Assembly (NCBI GenBank): GCA_964573695.1
Contig: CAZNKB010000007.1
Location: 1 to 61,989, forward strand
Direction: 5' to 3'
Length of the DNA: 61,989 bases
DNA from: an uncultured Gammaproteobacteria bacterium
GTDB lineage: Bacteria; Patescibacteriota; Microgenomatia; UBA10105; UBA927
In this document: positions 29,105 through 39,213 of the stretch, piece after piece
Layout: the number at the start of each line of letters is the position of its first letter
Position numbering within the stretch: the stretch's first letter is position 1
Notes under the pieces: generated by a model
What the model was told of the DNA's origin: nothing
Databases searched by the model: none
The model's input: only the letters and a program-made list of their open reading frames with translations
Program-made: the position numbers and the translations under genes

Positions 29105-32095
29105 TTATGGGGAGAAATTCACATTCAAATCATAAAGCGTTGGCGTTTGATTTGTGTCTGTCGTATCCATATATATTTTGTACCTAAAGCATTGGTTCGG
29201 ATTAAGGTATCCTCCGTAAGTACCGACCGGAATCACGCCCGACATAACACTTCCTGACGGGACAAAATACGCGCTCGGGCTGGATCCCATAATCCCGTTT
29301 GGTCCGACATAGGTGTATGACGCTCCCACGCAGCTTCCGTTAACGGGCGCTGCAGCCCCGATCTGCACTTTGATCGACGTTTGCGCGGGCTGATTGACGA
29401 CTGCCTGAAAACGGTTAAACGCTGCGGAACCGGTTGCGTCAAAAAAATTTGACTCGAATGTTCCGGGGGTTAAATATATACCCGTATCCGGTCCGCCTTC
29501 GATTATTTTTAGCTGCTTTTCATTCGTATTTGCGACCATATATACGAAATTATCCCCATCCGCCTCCGACACGCTCGTCAAATCGTTAAAACCCTGATCA
29601 TAATTTACCCCGCCGCAATACAAAGGAGCAGCTTCCGAATCGATATTGAGTACCTGGTATTCCTGTGCGTTATTTGCGTCCGACAAACCGTCCTTTCCGA
29701 CCAATATCGCGCGCTGACCGTTTAACACGGTAAGCGACCGTCTCGGATACAGCTGTAAGTTTGCGGCGGTAGTCGCTTCATAGTACCCGCTTTGCGCACC
29801 CGTTAACGGAGTGCCGCTCAAAAATTGAGGACTGCTTTTGTTGGAGGTGTTGATAACATACCATTGTTTACTATCAGGCGCCCCGTCGTTATTTCCGTCA
29901 ATGCCTCCATTTGATGAAATATACGCCCGCGTTCCGTCGGACTTTGCAAATACGGAGTTTGCCGCCTCTTCCGTACCCGAAGCCGAATTGAAATCGAGCG
30001 ATCCGACCATTTTCCATCCGGCGTTTCCGCCGGATATCCTGCCGCAACTTGCGTTACTTATAGGGGGGTTTGAGGCCGCGTCCGGCACGCTTGTCGCATT
30101 TATAATCTCAAATTCCGGATTGGTGCCGGCGCCAACCGCTACATATATATAGTTATTACCGCTATCAATCACTCCATAAAGATCGTTAGATGCGTACAGT
30201 TCGATATTGCCCCCGTCGGAGCAGTCATTGTGCGCCGGACCAGTCGTATCACTCCATGTTGCCCCGGTTTCCCCTGCAGAATATTTCCGGTCAATGCCGG
30301 TTCCCGGACTGCAATCATATCCGTCGACCTGGATGCGACATCCTATCTGATCCAGACCCACGCTCGGCGACTTGGCATCGATAGTAGACAAATCAAATAC
30401 GTAAACATATCCGCCGGAGGACACGTATCCGCGATTTCCAAGAATGGTCAACGCCTTTGCTCCGTAACCAAATGGCTCCTGATCATTGGGCACGGATGAC
30501 ATTCCGTTATAATGCACCTTCGCTCCGACATAATCCAAAGAAAAATCCCGGGAAGTGCTGCTTGCGACGTTTATAACACGGACACGAAAATTCGCGTTGG
30601 AAAATTCAGTATCACCCCATACCCTTCCCCATGTGTCAGCGCTTCCGCCCAGCGTATATACGGCACCCGATGTCGTCAATGTCGCGGTTGATTGGGCGGC
30701 TGTCCATGTGGTACCACCATCCCAAGAAAGCTGCACGCACATCTTTGGTGCGTTGGCGGTGCTGTCTACGCGGGCCATAAGCTTGATTTCGATTCCGTTT
30801 ATTGTGGCTCCTGACGGAATAGAAAAACCATAGTTATAAAATTTATGCTTATCCTTATCCGCTCCCGTACAGTTTGTCCCGGTGTTGCTTCCGCTATTTG
30901 TATCTATGGCATAAGAACCGTTTAGTGTGTAGGCGTTGGCGGGGTTAGTTCCGAATCCGTTGTTGTCACCGGCATTTGTCGTGTCCGCCGAGTTAGCAGA
31001 CGGATTATGAAAGGCATCACCATAAATTTTTGTGTTAAACGACGTCCAATACTTGTAAATTTTATTTGTCGGATCCTGGAACGCGTCGGTCACCCCGTCA
31101 TGCACCTGCACGGCTATTACCTCTTTTTCAGGAAGATTTGTGGCCATGAGCGCATACACCTTTCCCGATGCTGATTTGTAATATTTGATGTCATTTGTCT
31201 TAAAGACATTATCGACATCAATACCAGTAGGCACCAATCCCGCATTGCTATACTGTGTTGGATCGAGGGTAAAAATCCCGCGCTGTGAGGCAACGGGCGG
31301 ATCTGTGTTGGCAGTAACGTTTATATACGTCATTTTTATGGAACTGTCAGTCGTAGGCGCAGTCGCGACAAAAACGTCGTTAGGGGAGGTTGCCAGCGCG
31401 CTTGCAGTTGCAACAACGGCCACGGGGGGTCCGTCAGGCAAATCTATTGCAGTGGTAGAAAATGTAGGACTGCACCATTTTCCCTTATTGTTGTTTGCAA
31501 GTGTAATTTCCCCCCCGGCGGTATTGGCCACCTGCGTACTACTTAACGTACCAGACGAAAAATCCGAAACGGTCGTCTGCATCAGGGAGGTATTTCCTAA
31601 AAACCGGGTCAGATACCACGACGCGTGAATCGATGACGCGTGCGGACTGGTCCAGGATATCGTAACGTCAATTTTTTTAATTGACGGATCCACTGACCCC
31701 GAAGGGAAAGACACGATAACACCATTCTCGTCACGATAGACGTCGCTTATGACTACTGACCGGGAAAGCCCCCCCAACGTGTCTGAACCGGCCAAAAGCG
31801 CCCACGTATTACCGCTCGTTATCGGGTGATACGTTCCGTTCGTTGATACGTTCTCCCATCCCCGTTCACGAACACTACGAATGGCCTCATACGTTTCCTG
31901 CATGAGAAGCGACGCCTGTACCCGTATATCCTGCATTGGCTTACTCTCGCGGGAAGCGATCATGACATAAGTTAAGCTCGGGAGGATAACGAGCATGAGG
32001 CCAATCGCAACCAGCAACTCAACGATAAATTGCCCCCGACGGAAAACGCGTGCAGGTTGCCTCCAAAACCTAAATATATGTAGGCGTACTCTCAT
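29105..32095 (-). CDS. giant pseudopilin-headed surface protein (996 aa)
   Basis: The start was set at ATG 32095, which overlaps the upstream stop (ATGA). The N-terminus RRG/QFIVELLVAIGLMLVIL is a prepilin-type cleavage/methylation segment. The rest is Gly/Asn/Thr/Ser-rich and predicted beta-rich. Confidence 0.7.
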   Translation of the reverse strand: MRVRLHIFRFWRQPARVFRRGQFIVELLVAIGLMLVILPSLTYVMIASRESKPMQDIRVQASLLMQETYEAIRSVRERGWENVSTNGTYHPITSGNTWALLAGSDTLGGLSRSVVISDVYRDENGVIVSFPSGSVDPSIKKIDVTISWTSPHASSIHASWYLTRFLGNTSLMQTTVSDFSSGTLSSTQVANTAGGEITLANNNKGKWCSPTFSTTAIDLPDGPPVAVVATASALATSPNDVFVATAPTTDSSIKMTYINVTANTDPPVASQRGIFTLDPTQYSNAGLVPTGIDVDNVFKTNDIKYYKSASGKVYALMATNLPEKEVIAVQVHDGVTDAFQDPTNKIYKYWTSFNTKIYGDAFHNPSANSADTTNAGDNNGFGTNPANAYTLNGSYAIDTNSGSNTGTNCTGADKDKHKFYNYGFSIPSGATINGIEIKLMARVDSTANAPKMCVQLSWDGGTTWTAAQSTATLTTSGAVYTLGGSADTWGRVWGDTEFSNANFRVRVINVASSTSRDFSLDYVGAKVHYNGMSSVPNDQEPFGYGAKALTILGNRGYVSSGGYVYVFDLSTIDAKSPSVGLDQIGCRIQVDGYDCSPGTGIDRKYSAGETGATWSDTTGPAHNDCSDGGNIELYASNDLYGVIDSGNNYIYVAVGAGTNPEFEIINATSVPDAASNPPISNASCGRISGGNAGWKMVGSLDFNSASGTEEAANSVFAKSDGTRAYISSNGGIDGNNDGAPDSKQWYVINTSNKSSPQFLSGTPLTGAQSGYYEATTAANLQLYPRRSLTVLNGQRAILVGKDGLSDANNAQEYQVLNIDSEAAPLYCGGVNYDQGFNDLTSVSEADGDNFVYMVANTNEKQLKIIEGGPDTGIYLTPGTFESNFFDATGSAAFNRFQAVVNQPAQTSIKVQIGAAAPVNGSCVGASYTYVGPNGIMGSSPSAYFVPSGSVMSGVIPVGTYGGYLNPNQCFRYKIYMDTTDTNQTPTLYDLNVNFSP

Positions 32096-32751
32096 TGTCG
32101 TACCATGTACCATATCATGCCGATTGCATACACCAACGCAAAAAATCCAAACACAATCCATCCGACCGGCGACGATCGCCGTTTTTCCTTGGTATCCTTT
32201 TCTTTGGTCGAAAGAATCGGATGATCATGAGTCATGAGCGGGAACGTCGAATCCTTTATTGTCTGTGTCGCATCAAATAATCGCTTGACTGTAATCCTGT
32301 CTATTTCTCCGGAGAGAATAATTTTTTGCGCCACCAGCTCGCCCCACGGAACGACCATGGCAATCGTTATGCCATGGGTGGCAAACGCCCGTACGGCAGC
32401 TTCATATACATCAGCGTTTGTGGCGACGACAAACACCTGATTGGCGTTGCGGATTACCGCGGTCTGAACATAGGAAAAGGGTGTGTTATCCGACAGTTGT
32501 TTTGTCACAGCCTCAATCTTGTCGGGAGTCGTCTGCGCAAAATAACACATCTCGTCAGCCAGGACGAGTACGGCGGGTATCGGCCCGCGGATTTTTTCTA
32601 CCATTTTGGTAACCGCCTGGGTGTACAATTCCTCATTGAGGATTTCCATATCTGCCATTGCTTCCGGAGGAATCGCGACAGACAACCCGCCGTCCCGGTC
32701 GGAAAAATAACAAAGCAGTGATGATCGGCGATGAATTATTAAGGCAGACAT
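32092..32751 (-). CDS. pilus-locus protein with a C-terminal TM anchor (possible PilM/PilN-like assembly component)
   Basis: 219 aa. It has a soluble N-domain and one TM helix near the C-terminus (VGWIVFGFFALVYAIGMIWYM). Position in the operon is the main evidence. Confidence 0.35.
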   Translation of the reverse strand: MSALIIHRRSSLLCYFSDRDGGLSVAIPPEAMADMEILNEELYTQAVTKMVEKIRGPIPAVLVLADEMCYFAQTTPDKIEAVTKQLSDNTPFSYVQTAVIRNANQVFVVATNADVYEAAVRAFATHGITIAMVVPWGELVAQKIILSGEIDRITVKRLFDATQTIKDSTFPLMTHDHPILSTKEKDTKEKRRSSPVGWIVFGFFALVYAIGMIWYMVRQ

Positions 32752-32760
32752 AATAATTTT

Positions 32761-33150
32761 CTACGGTGTTTCCTTCCACGAATCGAGAACCAAGGTAAGA
32801 TTATTATAATGAACCGTTGCGACTATTTTCCGGGATACTACCCCCATAGACCCTACCGACTGAATCGTAATATTCGGATTTGATGTCACGGTGACAACAG
32901 CTGTCCGGTTTGTATCGACTGTCAATGTCTCTCCGGCATACAACGGGTCTCTCATTAATCGTAACATACTGTGTTCGATACCACTTTCCGCCGCTTGATA
33001 CGCCAACGCGCCCAATTCCTGCTGGCTTGATGCTTCAAATGCGTTCACAAGTGAAAATATTGCACCGGTCGTCACCAACATACCCACGACGACGACAAAC
33101 AACACTGTTATCACGGCCTGTCCGCTCTTTTGTGAATTGGTGTATTTCAT
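32761..33150 (-). CDS. PilX-like minor pilin
   Basis: 129 aa. The N-terminus SG/QAVITVLFVVVVGMLV has a hydrophobic pilin-like helix without Glu+5, as in PilX N-terminal domains. Confidence 0.55.
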   Translation of the reverse strand: MKYTNSQKSGQAVITVLFVVVVGMLVTTGAIFSLVNAFEASSQQELGALAYQAAESGIEHSMLRLMRDPLYAGETLTVDTNRTAVVTVTSNPNITIQSVGSMGVVSRKIVATVHYNNLTLVLDSWKETP

Positions 33151-33151
33151 A

Positions 33152-33697
33152 CTATCGTAGACTGATCGCCGTTCTATACTGCCGTTCTTTCTGACCGGCA
33201 GACGTCACCCCTTTTGATCTGACGGTAAACCCTATGACAATGGTGTCTCGGGCAGTTGCAAGTTGTCCGGAATTGCCCACCTTGGTGACCAAAAAATCTG
33301 TCACCTCGGTATCACTGCTATTTAATTGTGTCGTTTGGGATCCGACAGTCAATATGAGATTTTGATTTTCAAGTTCATATCGGTATGGCACCTCAACTCC
33401 TCCGTCGGCAATGGAGGCGGAAAGTGTTGCCGTCGTACCACCCAAAACCGGCAACGTCACTAGCGTTGCCCGACGCAGATCGTATGTCGTTCGGGATAAT
33501 ATATATGCGCCGTTTTGTTCTACCGCCCCTTGCGCACCGGACGATAATTGTAATTGCACAATCGAAATAAATAATTCGCTCAGAATTACCAGAAGAATTC
33601 CGAGTAACCCGCTATAAATAGCCAGATCAATAAGCGTAAACCCTTTTTCCGACGATTTTCGCGTAATCATAGCCTTACTGGACAAACGGAACACCAT
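33152..33697 (-). CDS. minor pilin (prepilin-type N-terminal cleavage/methylation domain)
   Basis: EKG/FTLIDLAIYSGLLGILLVIL, with Asp rather than Glu at +5. 181 aa. Confidence 0.7.
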   Translation of the reverse strand: MVFRLSSKAMITRKSSEKGFTLIDLAIYSGLLGILLVILSELFISIVQLQLSSGAQGAVEQNGAYILSRTTYDLRRATLVTLPVLGGTTATLSASIADGGVEVPYRYELENQNLILTVGSQTTQLNSSDTEVTDFLVTKVGNSGQLATARDTIVIGFTVRSKGVTSAGQKERQYRTAISLR

Positions 33698-34169
33698 ATT
33701 TATTAAACCGAATAATGTATGTATCGTTGGTTTGGGTATTAGTTAAGGTAATACGATCCAGATTCGGATCATAATCCCGAACCTCCCCGCTCAAACGGGC
33801 GAACGTAATCATTCCGCCGGGAATCCCGGCGGGATCAAATGCGAGTACCGGATCAAGCCCGGTTACCTCGTTTGCGGTGTTATTCTCGTCAAAGACAACG
33901 CCGGGAAACAATATGTATCTGTTCTGTTCGAAACGGATCGAGTAGTCCAGGTACAAACCAGGCGCGGACGTCGATCCTTCCATGGCACGGTGTTGTTGTT
34001 TACGGATATCTGAAACAAGCGTATCGCGACTAACCGTTAACGATGCGCGTTGCTGTCCACGGAACACGTTGAGCGTCACGAGTCTCGTAAAAATCCCGAC
34101 AATTGCCATGACAACCAAAAGCTCTACGAGCGTCGCTCCTTGAGATAAGTGTTGTTTTTCTTGCCGCAT
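33675..34169 (-). CDS. minor pilin (GspH/FimT-like)
   Basis: SQG/ATLVELLVVMAIVGIF has Glu+5. 164 aa. It overlaps the next pilin gene by 23 nt. Confidence 0.7.
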   Translation of the reverse strand: MRQEKQHLSQGATLVELLVVMAIVGIFTRLVTLNVFRGQQRASLTVSRDTLVSDIRKQQHRAMEGSTSAPGLYLDYSIRFEQNRYILFPGVVFDENNTANEVTGLDPVLAFDPAGIPGGMITFARLSGEVRDYDPNLDRITLTNTQTNDTYIIRFNKYGVPFVQ

Positions 34170-34180
34170 ATTACAGGTAC

Positions 34181-36403
34181 TTAATCAATCGAACTATGGA
34201 TGATCCCTAATCCGTCAGAAACATATTTTCGTTGCAGTTGTTCACGCATTGCCGGTGAGTATATCGGAAGGGTAAAACTAAACGTCGATCCTTTGTCTAG
34301 GCCTGGCGAAACCGCCTCAACTGTCCCCCCATGCATCGAAATAATCGATTTACTTATGTACAACCCCAATCCCGTACTCTGATAGGGAGCGGAATCAGTA
34401 TTAGACCCGGAATGCACCGTACTGAATTTATGAAATAGCTTTGCCGCATCAGCCATGAGAAATCCAAGTCCGGTATCTTTGACCGACACGCAAACCATAT
34501 CGTTGTGACGGGAGGCGGTTATGGTAATGCTTCCGCCTTTCGGGGTAAACTTAATCGCGTTTCCGATAAAATTAATAAGCACTTCTTTAATTTTATCCAC
34601 ATCGGCAATGACATCGGGCAACTCTTGTGCAGAAATTTGCACATGAAGAGTCTGCCCCTGTTCGTCGATTTTCGGCTGAACTTCGGACAACACTTCGTTA
34701 AGCATGCTGGGCAACTCCGCCCTGGAAAACTGTACCGCGAGCCGACCGGATTCTATTCTTGAGATATTTAACATATCGTTGACAAGGCGGATCAGGCGAT
34801 CAGCAGACAAAAAAGCGCGATCCAGATAAAAACGCTGTTTTTCGCTGACCTCTCCTCCTTTACCGGAAAGAGCCATCCATAAATATGATCGTATCGAAGT
34901 GAGGGGTGTACGCAATTCATGTGACGCGAGTGACACAAACTCATCCTTGAGTTTGTCCAGTTGTTCTAATTTTTCGTTTGCCCTTCGCAAATCAACCGTC
35001 GCGCTTTTTACCTCATCTTCGAGTGTCACGTTAAATCTTCTGATTTCTTCGTATGAAAGAGAATTTTCTGTAGCAACCGCCGCCTCCGAAGCAATAATTT
35101 CGAGTGTGGAGATATCCTCATCGCTAAAAAGCTCTCCCGAACGCTTGTTCCCGATACACAGCAATCCGATAGCGCGCTGGCCTGTTTCGAGCGGAAGGAT
35201 GATTGCCGCATCAAGCGAGGCAAAAAAAGCGGCGATCTGTGGATCTTTTTCGTCGTCTCGAAGACGTACCTTCCCTAACGCCGAAATATAGGATCCCGTG
35301 TGTTCATGCACCTCGGGAGGCTTATCGTACCCGTCCGTATACATCGACACTATTTTCCCATGATTTACAATCATGATACAGGCGTGCTCCGTCTGAAATT
35401 CCCGGTCTATGCTTACGACCAGTTGGTGCGCAAGTTCTTCGAGTCGCAGCGTTCTGGCCATAATCTGAGCAACATGATAAAGGACTGCTGACGTATCATA
35501 TTTGTTCTTATAAAAAACCGCGTCCGTTGCTTTTTCTATAGTGCGCTTGACCAAGGGAAAGGTAATAAGCATCACGATCGCCGCTGCAGTAGACACTCCG
35601 ATAAATTTAAGATCAATAAACGGCGATACTAAAAGCGAAGAAGTCAGGGCAAACAGCAACGCATAAACGACTGCAAACAACGAAATCACAACAGCGTAGG
35701 ATACCGCCCGGGCTATGATAAACCTGATATCCAAAAATTTGTGTTTGATGATTGCGTAGGCAGTAGCTATGACAAAGGGCAGTGTATATAGCGGACTGGC
35801 GGACACGTATGATGAAATATTAAATACGACCACAAAGATAAAGTTAAACAGAAAAATAAGTACAAACATGCACACGATGCCGATGCCGATAATCTGAAGT
35901 TGCAACCTCAGTACCCCGCTTGAGCGACGCAGACGGTTCCATAACGTCATCACACCAGCAACAAGTGAGCCCACCGCCACAACGACAAACAACGGCATGG
36001 CTGGTCCAGGCGTCGGCGAAGGAGATCCGTTTACGAAAATGATCGAAGTAAACAAATACGGGCTGACGCTCGCGGCTGCCGCAACTATCCCGATAACAGC
36101 AAGAAATACTGGAACCCACCGGGGTAGCGTCAGTTGTTTATTGGGAATTGTCGAAAGCAGAAGAAAAAATAGTATTGCCTGTGGGACCGCCAGCGCCATA
36201 ACTATCCGCGTCCAATACAGCGCGGTCAATAAGTCGGCGCTGCTGATTGCGATGTAATTGGCAACCGACCATAGGGCAATATCTATGCTAAATAGAAAAA
36301 ACAGCGTATTGGTAACAGATTTCGGATTCCGAAGCGCGACAAGAAGCCCCAACGTGTTGTTAAGTAGGACGCCGAATATCAATATGGGCAGGTTCCAGTT
36401 CAT
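34181..36403 (-). CDS. multi-TM sensor histidine kinase with GAF domain
   Basis: 740 aa with about 8-9 N-terminal TM helices and a GAF-like region. H-box is SHELRTPLT. HATPase motifs are GNAIKFT, DTGLGF and GLGLYISK. Confidence 0.85.
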   Translation of the reverse strand: MNWNLPILIFGVLLNNTLGLLVALRNPKSVTNTLFFLFSIDIALWSVANYIAISSADLLTALYWTRIVMALAVPQAILFFLLLSTIPNKQLTLPRWVPVFLAVIGIVAAAASVSPYLFTSIIFVNGSPSPTPGPAMPLFVVVAVGSLVAGVMTLWNRLRRSSGVLRLQLQIIGIGIVCMFVLIFLFNFIFVVVFNISSYVSASPLYTLPFVIATAYAIIKHKFLDIRFIIARAVSYAVVISLFAVVYALLFALTSSLLVSPFIDLKFIGVSTAAAIVMLITFPLVKRTIEKATDAVFYKNKYDTSAVLYHVAQIMARTLRLEELAHQLVVSIDREFQTEHACIMIVNHGKIVSMYTDGYDKPPEVHEHTGSYISALGKVRLRDDEKDPQIAAFFASLDAAIILPLETGQRAIGLLCIGNKRSGELFSDEDISTLEIIASEAAVATENSLSYEEIRRFNVTLEDEVKSATVDLRRANEKLEQLDKLKDEFVSLASHELRTPLTSIRSYLWMALSGKGGEVSEKQRFYLDRAFLSADRLIRLVNDMLNISRIESGRLAVQFSRAELPSMLNEVLSEVQPKIDEQGQTLHVQISAQELPDVIADVDKIKEVLINFIGNAIKFTPKGGSITITASRHNDMVCVSVKDTGLGFLMADAAKLFHKFSTVHSGSNTDSAPYQSTGLGLYISKSIISMHGGTVEAVSPGLDKGSTFSFTLPIYSPAMREQLQRKYVSDGLGIIHSSID

Positions 36404-36411
36404 AATAGTCG

Positions 36412-37575
36412 CTATAATCCTATGGCCCGTTCAAATAGTCCTGTTTTGCTTCGCCGTTTTTTGACTGCGGCGGCGGTTGTATATCCAGGCACAAAAAAAG
36501 CATCAGGTGAAATCACAACTTTCCCCTGCACCAGCGGGTCTTTAAGAATAACCTTCCGTGCGACATAGGAAAGCACCGCCCCCGCCATGAACGCGGCGTT
36601 GCCTAATTGTGGCCAGGTATACAGCGACCTCCCTAATTCCAAAAGTGACTCCTGCATACGTCCGGCTATATTTTCCGGTTTCACCCATCGGCTGATAATT
36701 TTTGCCGCGACGTCTCGCCTCGTATTCGGCTCGATAGCCAACAGTTCCTTTTCGGGAACCTGCCCATGCATAAGGGGCAGCGTGGGATCGAGGTCAAACC
36801 GCTCGATATCAACCACCACCCCGTCACCGTTATCGGCCGCCATAATCACGGGGATCCTGTGTTTTCTCGAAAGCAAGCGCAATTGTATCTTAAGATACAG
36901 CGTGTCCATTTCATCAATCACGACGTTAAGTGGTTTGGGGGACACCAAAAACTTCTCAAGATTGCCTTTTGTTATCCCAGATTTATATATGACAATGTCG
37001 CTATAGGGATTCACGAGATATGTCTCGCGGGCAACTATGGCGTATTTCGGAATACCCACGGCATCAAATCCTGCTCTCACACGGTTGATATTGGATCCCG
37101 ATACGCTATCACCGTCGGCAACCCGTAGGAACTTCGCGCCTCCCGTGTGCACCAAAGAGGCAACAACCGAGTTTCCGACGCTCAGTCCCGCCACCCCCAC
37201 GCGGGAAAAATAATACCGATGCTGTTCCTCCTGGGTTATAAGATTTCTGTTTCTTCCTGTGCGAAGCTCTGTATGCAGGTCCTCGGGAAGAAAATGAGTA
37301 AGCGTCGAAATCCAGGGGAACCATGCCCATGTCCCGTATTCCGTTATATTTGGAAAATCCGCCGTCAAGCCTGCCACAAACTCAGCCAATTCCCGAGGCT
37401 TAACCCCCGTATGAATTGTCCGGGGATGACGCATGGCGTATAACTCCCGGAGCTGCTCTGTTAGCGTATCGTGTATGACAGGATTTTTGTTTTTTTGGAT
37501 CCACCCCAGCATATACCGGTCCTTTTTTCGGTTGGGATACATCATCACTGGAGCATACGGTAGTATTACGGTCAT
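36412..37575 (-). CDS. ThiF/MoeB/E1-like adenylyltransferase-family protein
   Basis: Rossmann/nucleotide loop VGVAGLSVGNSVV, then RVADGDSVSGSNINR. The N-terminal extension (WAWFPWISTLTHFL) is like Rv1355c/MoeY-type proteins. The true start may be the internal ATG at 37512. Confidence 0.65.
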   Translation of the reverse strand: MTVILPYAPVMMYPNRKKDRYMLGWIQKNKNPVIHDTLTEQLRELYAMRHPRTIHTGVKPRELAEFVAGLTADFPNITEYGTWAWFPWISTLTHFLPEDLHTELRTGRNRNLITQEEQHRYYFSRVGVAGLSVGNSVVASLVHTGGAKFLRVADGDSVSGSNINRVRAGFDAVGIPKYAIVARETYLVNPYSDIVIYKSGITKGNLEKFLVSPKPLNVVIDEMDTLYLKIQLRLLSRKHRIPVIMAADNGDGVVVDIERFDLDPTLPLMHGQVPEKELLAIEPNTRRDVAAKIISRWVKPENIAGRMQESLLELGRSLYTWPQLGNAAFMAGAVLSYVARKVILKDPLVQGKVVISPDAFFVPGYTTAAAVKKRRSKTGLFERAIGL

Positions 37576-37615
37576 AGCAGGAAAATACGTACATTTATTG
37601 TAGCAACTCCCGGCG

Positions 37616-39178
37616 TTATTTTCTTACCCAACGATGTTTGCCCGGAGCGGAAAAAAATGCCGAATCCCTAAACGGGCGGAGGGCAATGTGTGGTGTCACC
37701 CGCTCCGGGGGCAGTTGCTTGGCGAGATATGCATACTCCGAATTATTCGTCATGAGCTCTTCTATCACTCGCTCCCTGATGCGTTCTTCCAATAATCGGC
37801 TTGCCCGAATATTTTTTTTGAGTTCCACATGAACTGTGAGGTACTGGTCCAAATTATCGTTTACATCCACTTGGAGCGTGCATTTACCCGTAACAAACGA
37901 CGCGACAGCGCCGTGTTCCAGCGCGCGGCGTATTTCCTGGGGAAATATATTTGCCCCGGATAGCTTCACCGTAAAATCGCTACGCTCGAACACGTACACA
38001 AATGGAATATTCCATACGGTCCGGGACAATCCCGCCAGCCTCACTTCTCTTTGGAGATCAACGCCGTACCGCGCGCATGTTTCCTGTATTTGGGCGTATG
38101 TCAGTGTGCCACCCGTATCCAATAAATTATACCGCACAAGAGGCAACCCGCTTCGTGCCGAGCAGACTAACAAACCTTTTATGGCCTCAAAATAAAATAG
38201 CTCCGGAATATATTGAGCGAGGGTCGGCTGACGCACCGGGTGTCCGAACAGTGCCTCGTTTAGCGATTGGTTATCCCGGGCTATCCGGCGTATTAAAACG
38301 GAAACGGGCGTTTCATGCGCCATGGTGCCCAAATCGACCGTGCCATAATGATTAAGTGTATCCCGATATATATCGGATAACCCTGCAGCCCTGATAATAT
38401 AATCCCGAAAAGCCTCACTAAATCCCTCCGCAGAAAAAATAAATTTAACACGGTAAGTTTTCCACGGAATTTTTTTTCTGACTCCCTCATCCACCAAATC
38501 CTTGATCATCGGCGGATATCCGCCGATAATCACCTGATCAAATAACGGGCCCAATGTTACAAGCGCCTTGAGTATTTCTTCCTGGTTAGCGCCGGGAGTA
38601 ATAATGCTTACGGGGTACTTACCTCGCTCAGCGACCTGACGGACAGCGGAATAACTGAACACCCCGCCTATCCAAATACCCATTCCCCAACCGACAATAT
38701 AGAGTGTACGTTTATGCTGTATGTCAAAGTTTGTCCGAAGATACATCTCTGCCACCGCGGCGTAGTGCAAATCCTGTTCCTTGGTCCTCGGAAAGTAAAA
38801 CGGCTCCCCGCTTGATCCGCTCGTCGCGGAAATCACCCCCTGCCGACCCGATACATCTCCCTTCCATGAAAGATCGGGTAGTGAGTCGGCACGCAGATAC
38901 GAATTTTTATCAACAATCGGCACACGTAAAAAATCACGCTGTCCCCTGATTGATGCGGGCTGAATCCGGTGTTTTGATAACATCCTCTTGTATGCCGGTA
39001 CGTTTACCGCCATTTCCCGAAACAACCGCAACGCCATTTGCTTACCGCGACTGATCCAGTACGTCTCGGGAAACTGTCTGAGTAATCGCGACCAGGTCAC
39101 CGGATCATGCAACAGTCGATCTGTACGAAACGTGTGGCGAACTTTTTTCATCAAATATATTGTATCGGAAACCCGCAT
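37616..39178 (-). CDS. adenylate-forming ligase, phenylacetate-CoA ligase / coenzyme F390 synthetase (CapK)-like
   Basis: The AMP-binding P-loop equivalent is SATSGSSGEPFYFPRT. The overall COG1541-like layout is about 510 aa. An alternative start is at 39151. Confidence 0.7.
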   Translation of the reverse strand: MRVSDTIYLMKKVRHTFRTDRLLHDPVTWSRLLRQFPETYWISRGKQMALRLFREMAVNVPAYKRMLSKHRIQPASIRGQRDFLRVPIVDKNSYLRADSLPDLSWKGDVSGRQGVISATSGSSGEPFYFPRTKEQDLHYAAVAEMYLRTNFDIQHKRTLYIVGWGMGIWIGGVFSYSAVRQVAERGKYPVSIITPGANQEEILKALVTLGPLFDQVIIGGYPPMIKDLVDEGVRKKIPWKTYRVKFIFSAEGFSEAFRDYIIRAAGLSDIYRDTLNHYGTVDLGTMAHETPVSVLIRRIARDNQSLNEALFGHPVRQPTLAQYIPELFYFEAIKGLLVCSARSGLPLVRYNLLDTGGTLTYAQIQETCARYGVDLQREVRLAGLSRTVWNIPFVYVFERSDFTVKLSGANIFPQEIRRALEHGAVASFVTGKCTLQVDVNDNLDQYLTVHVELKKNIRASRLLEERIRERVIEELMTNNSEYAYLAKQLPPERVTPHIALRPFRDSAFFSAPGKHRWVRK

Positions 39179-39213
39179 TGAGTTTCTTGACTTTGAGTTA
39201 TATGATTGGTTCT

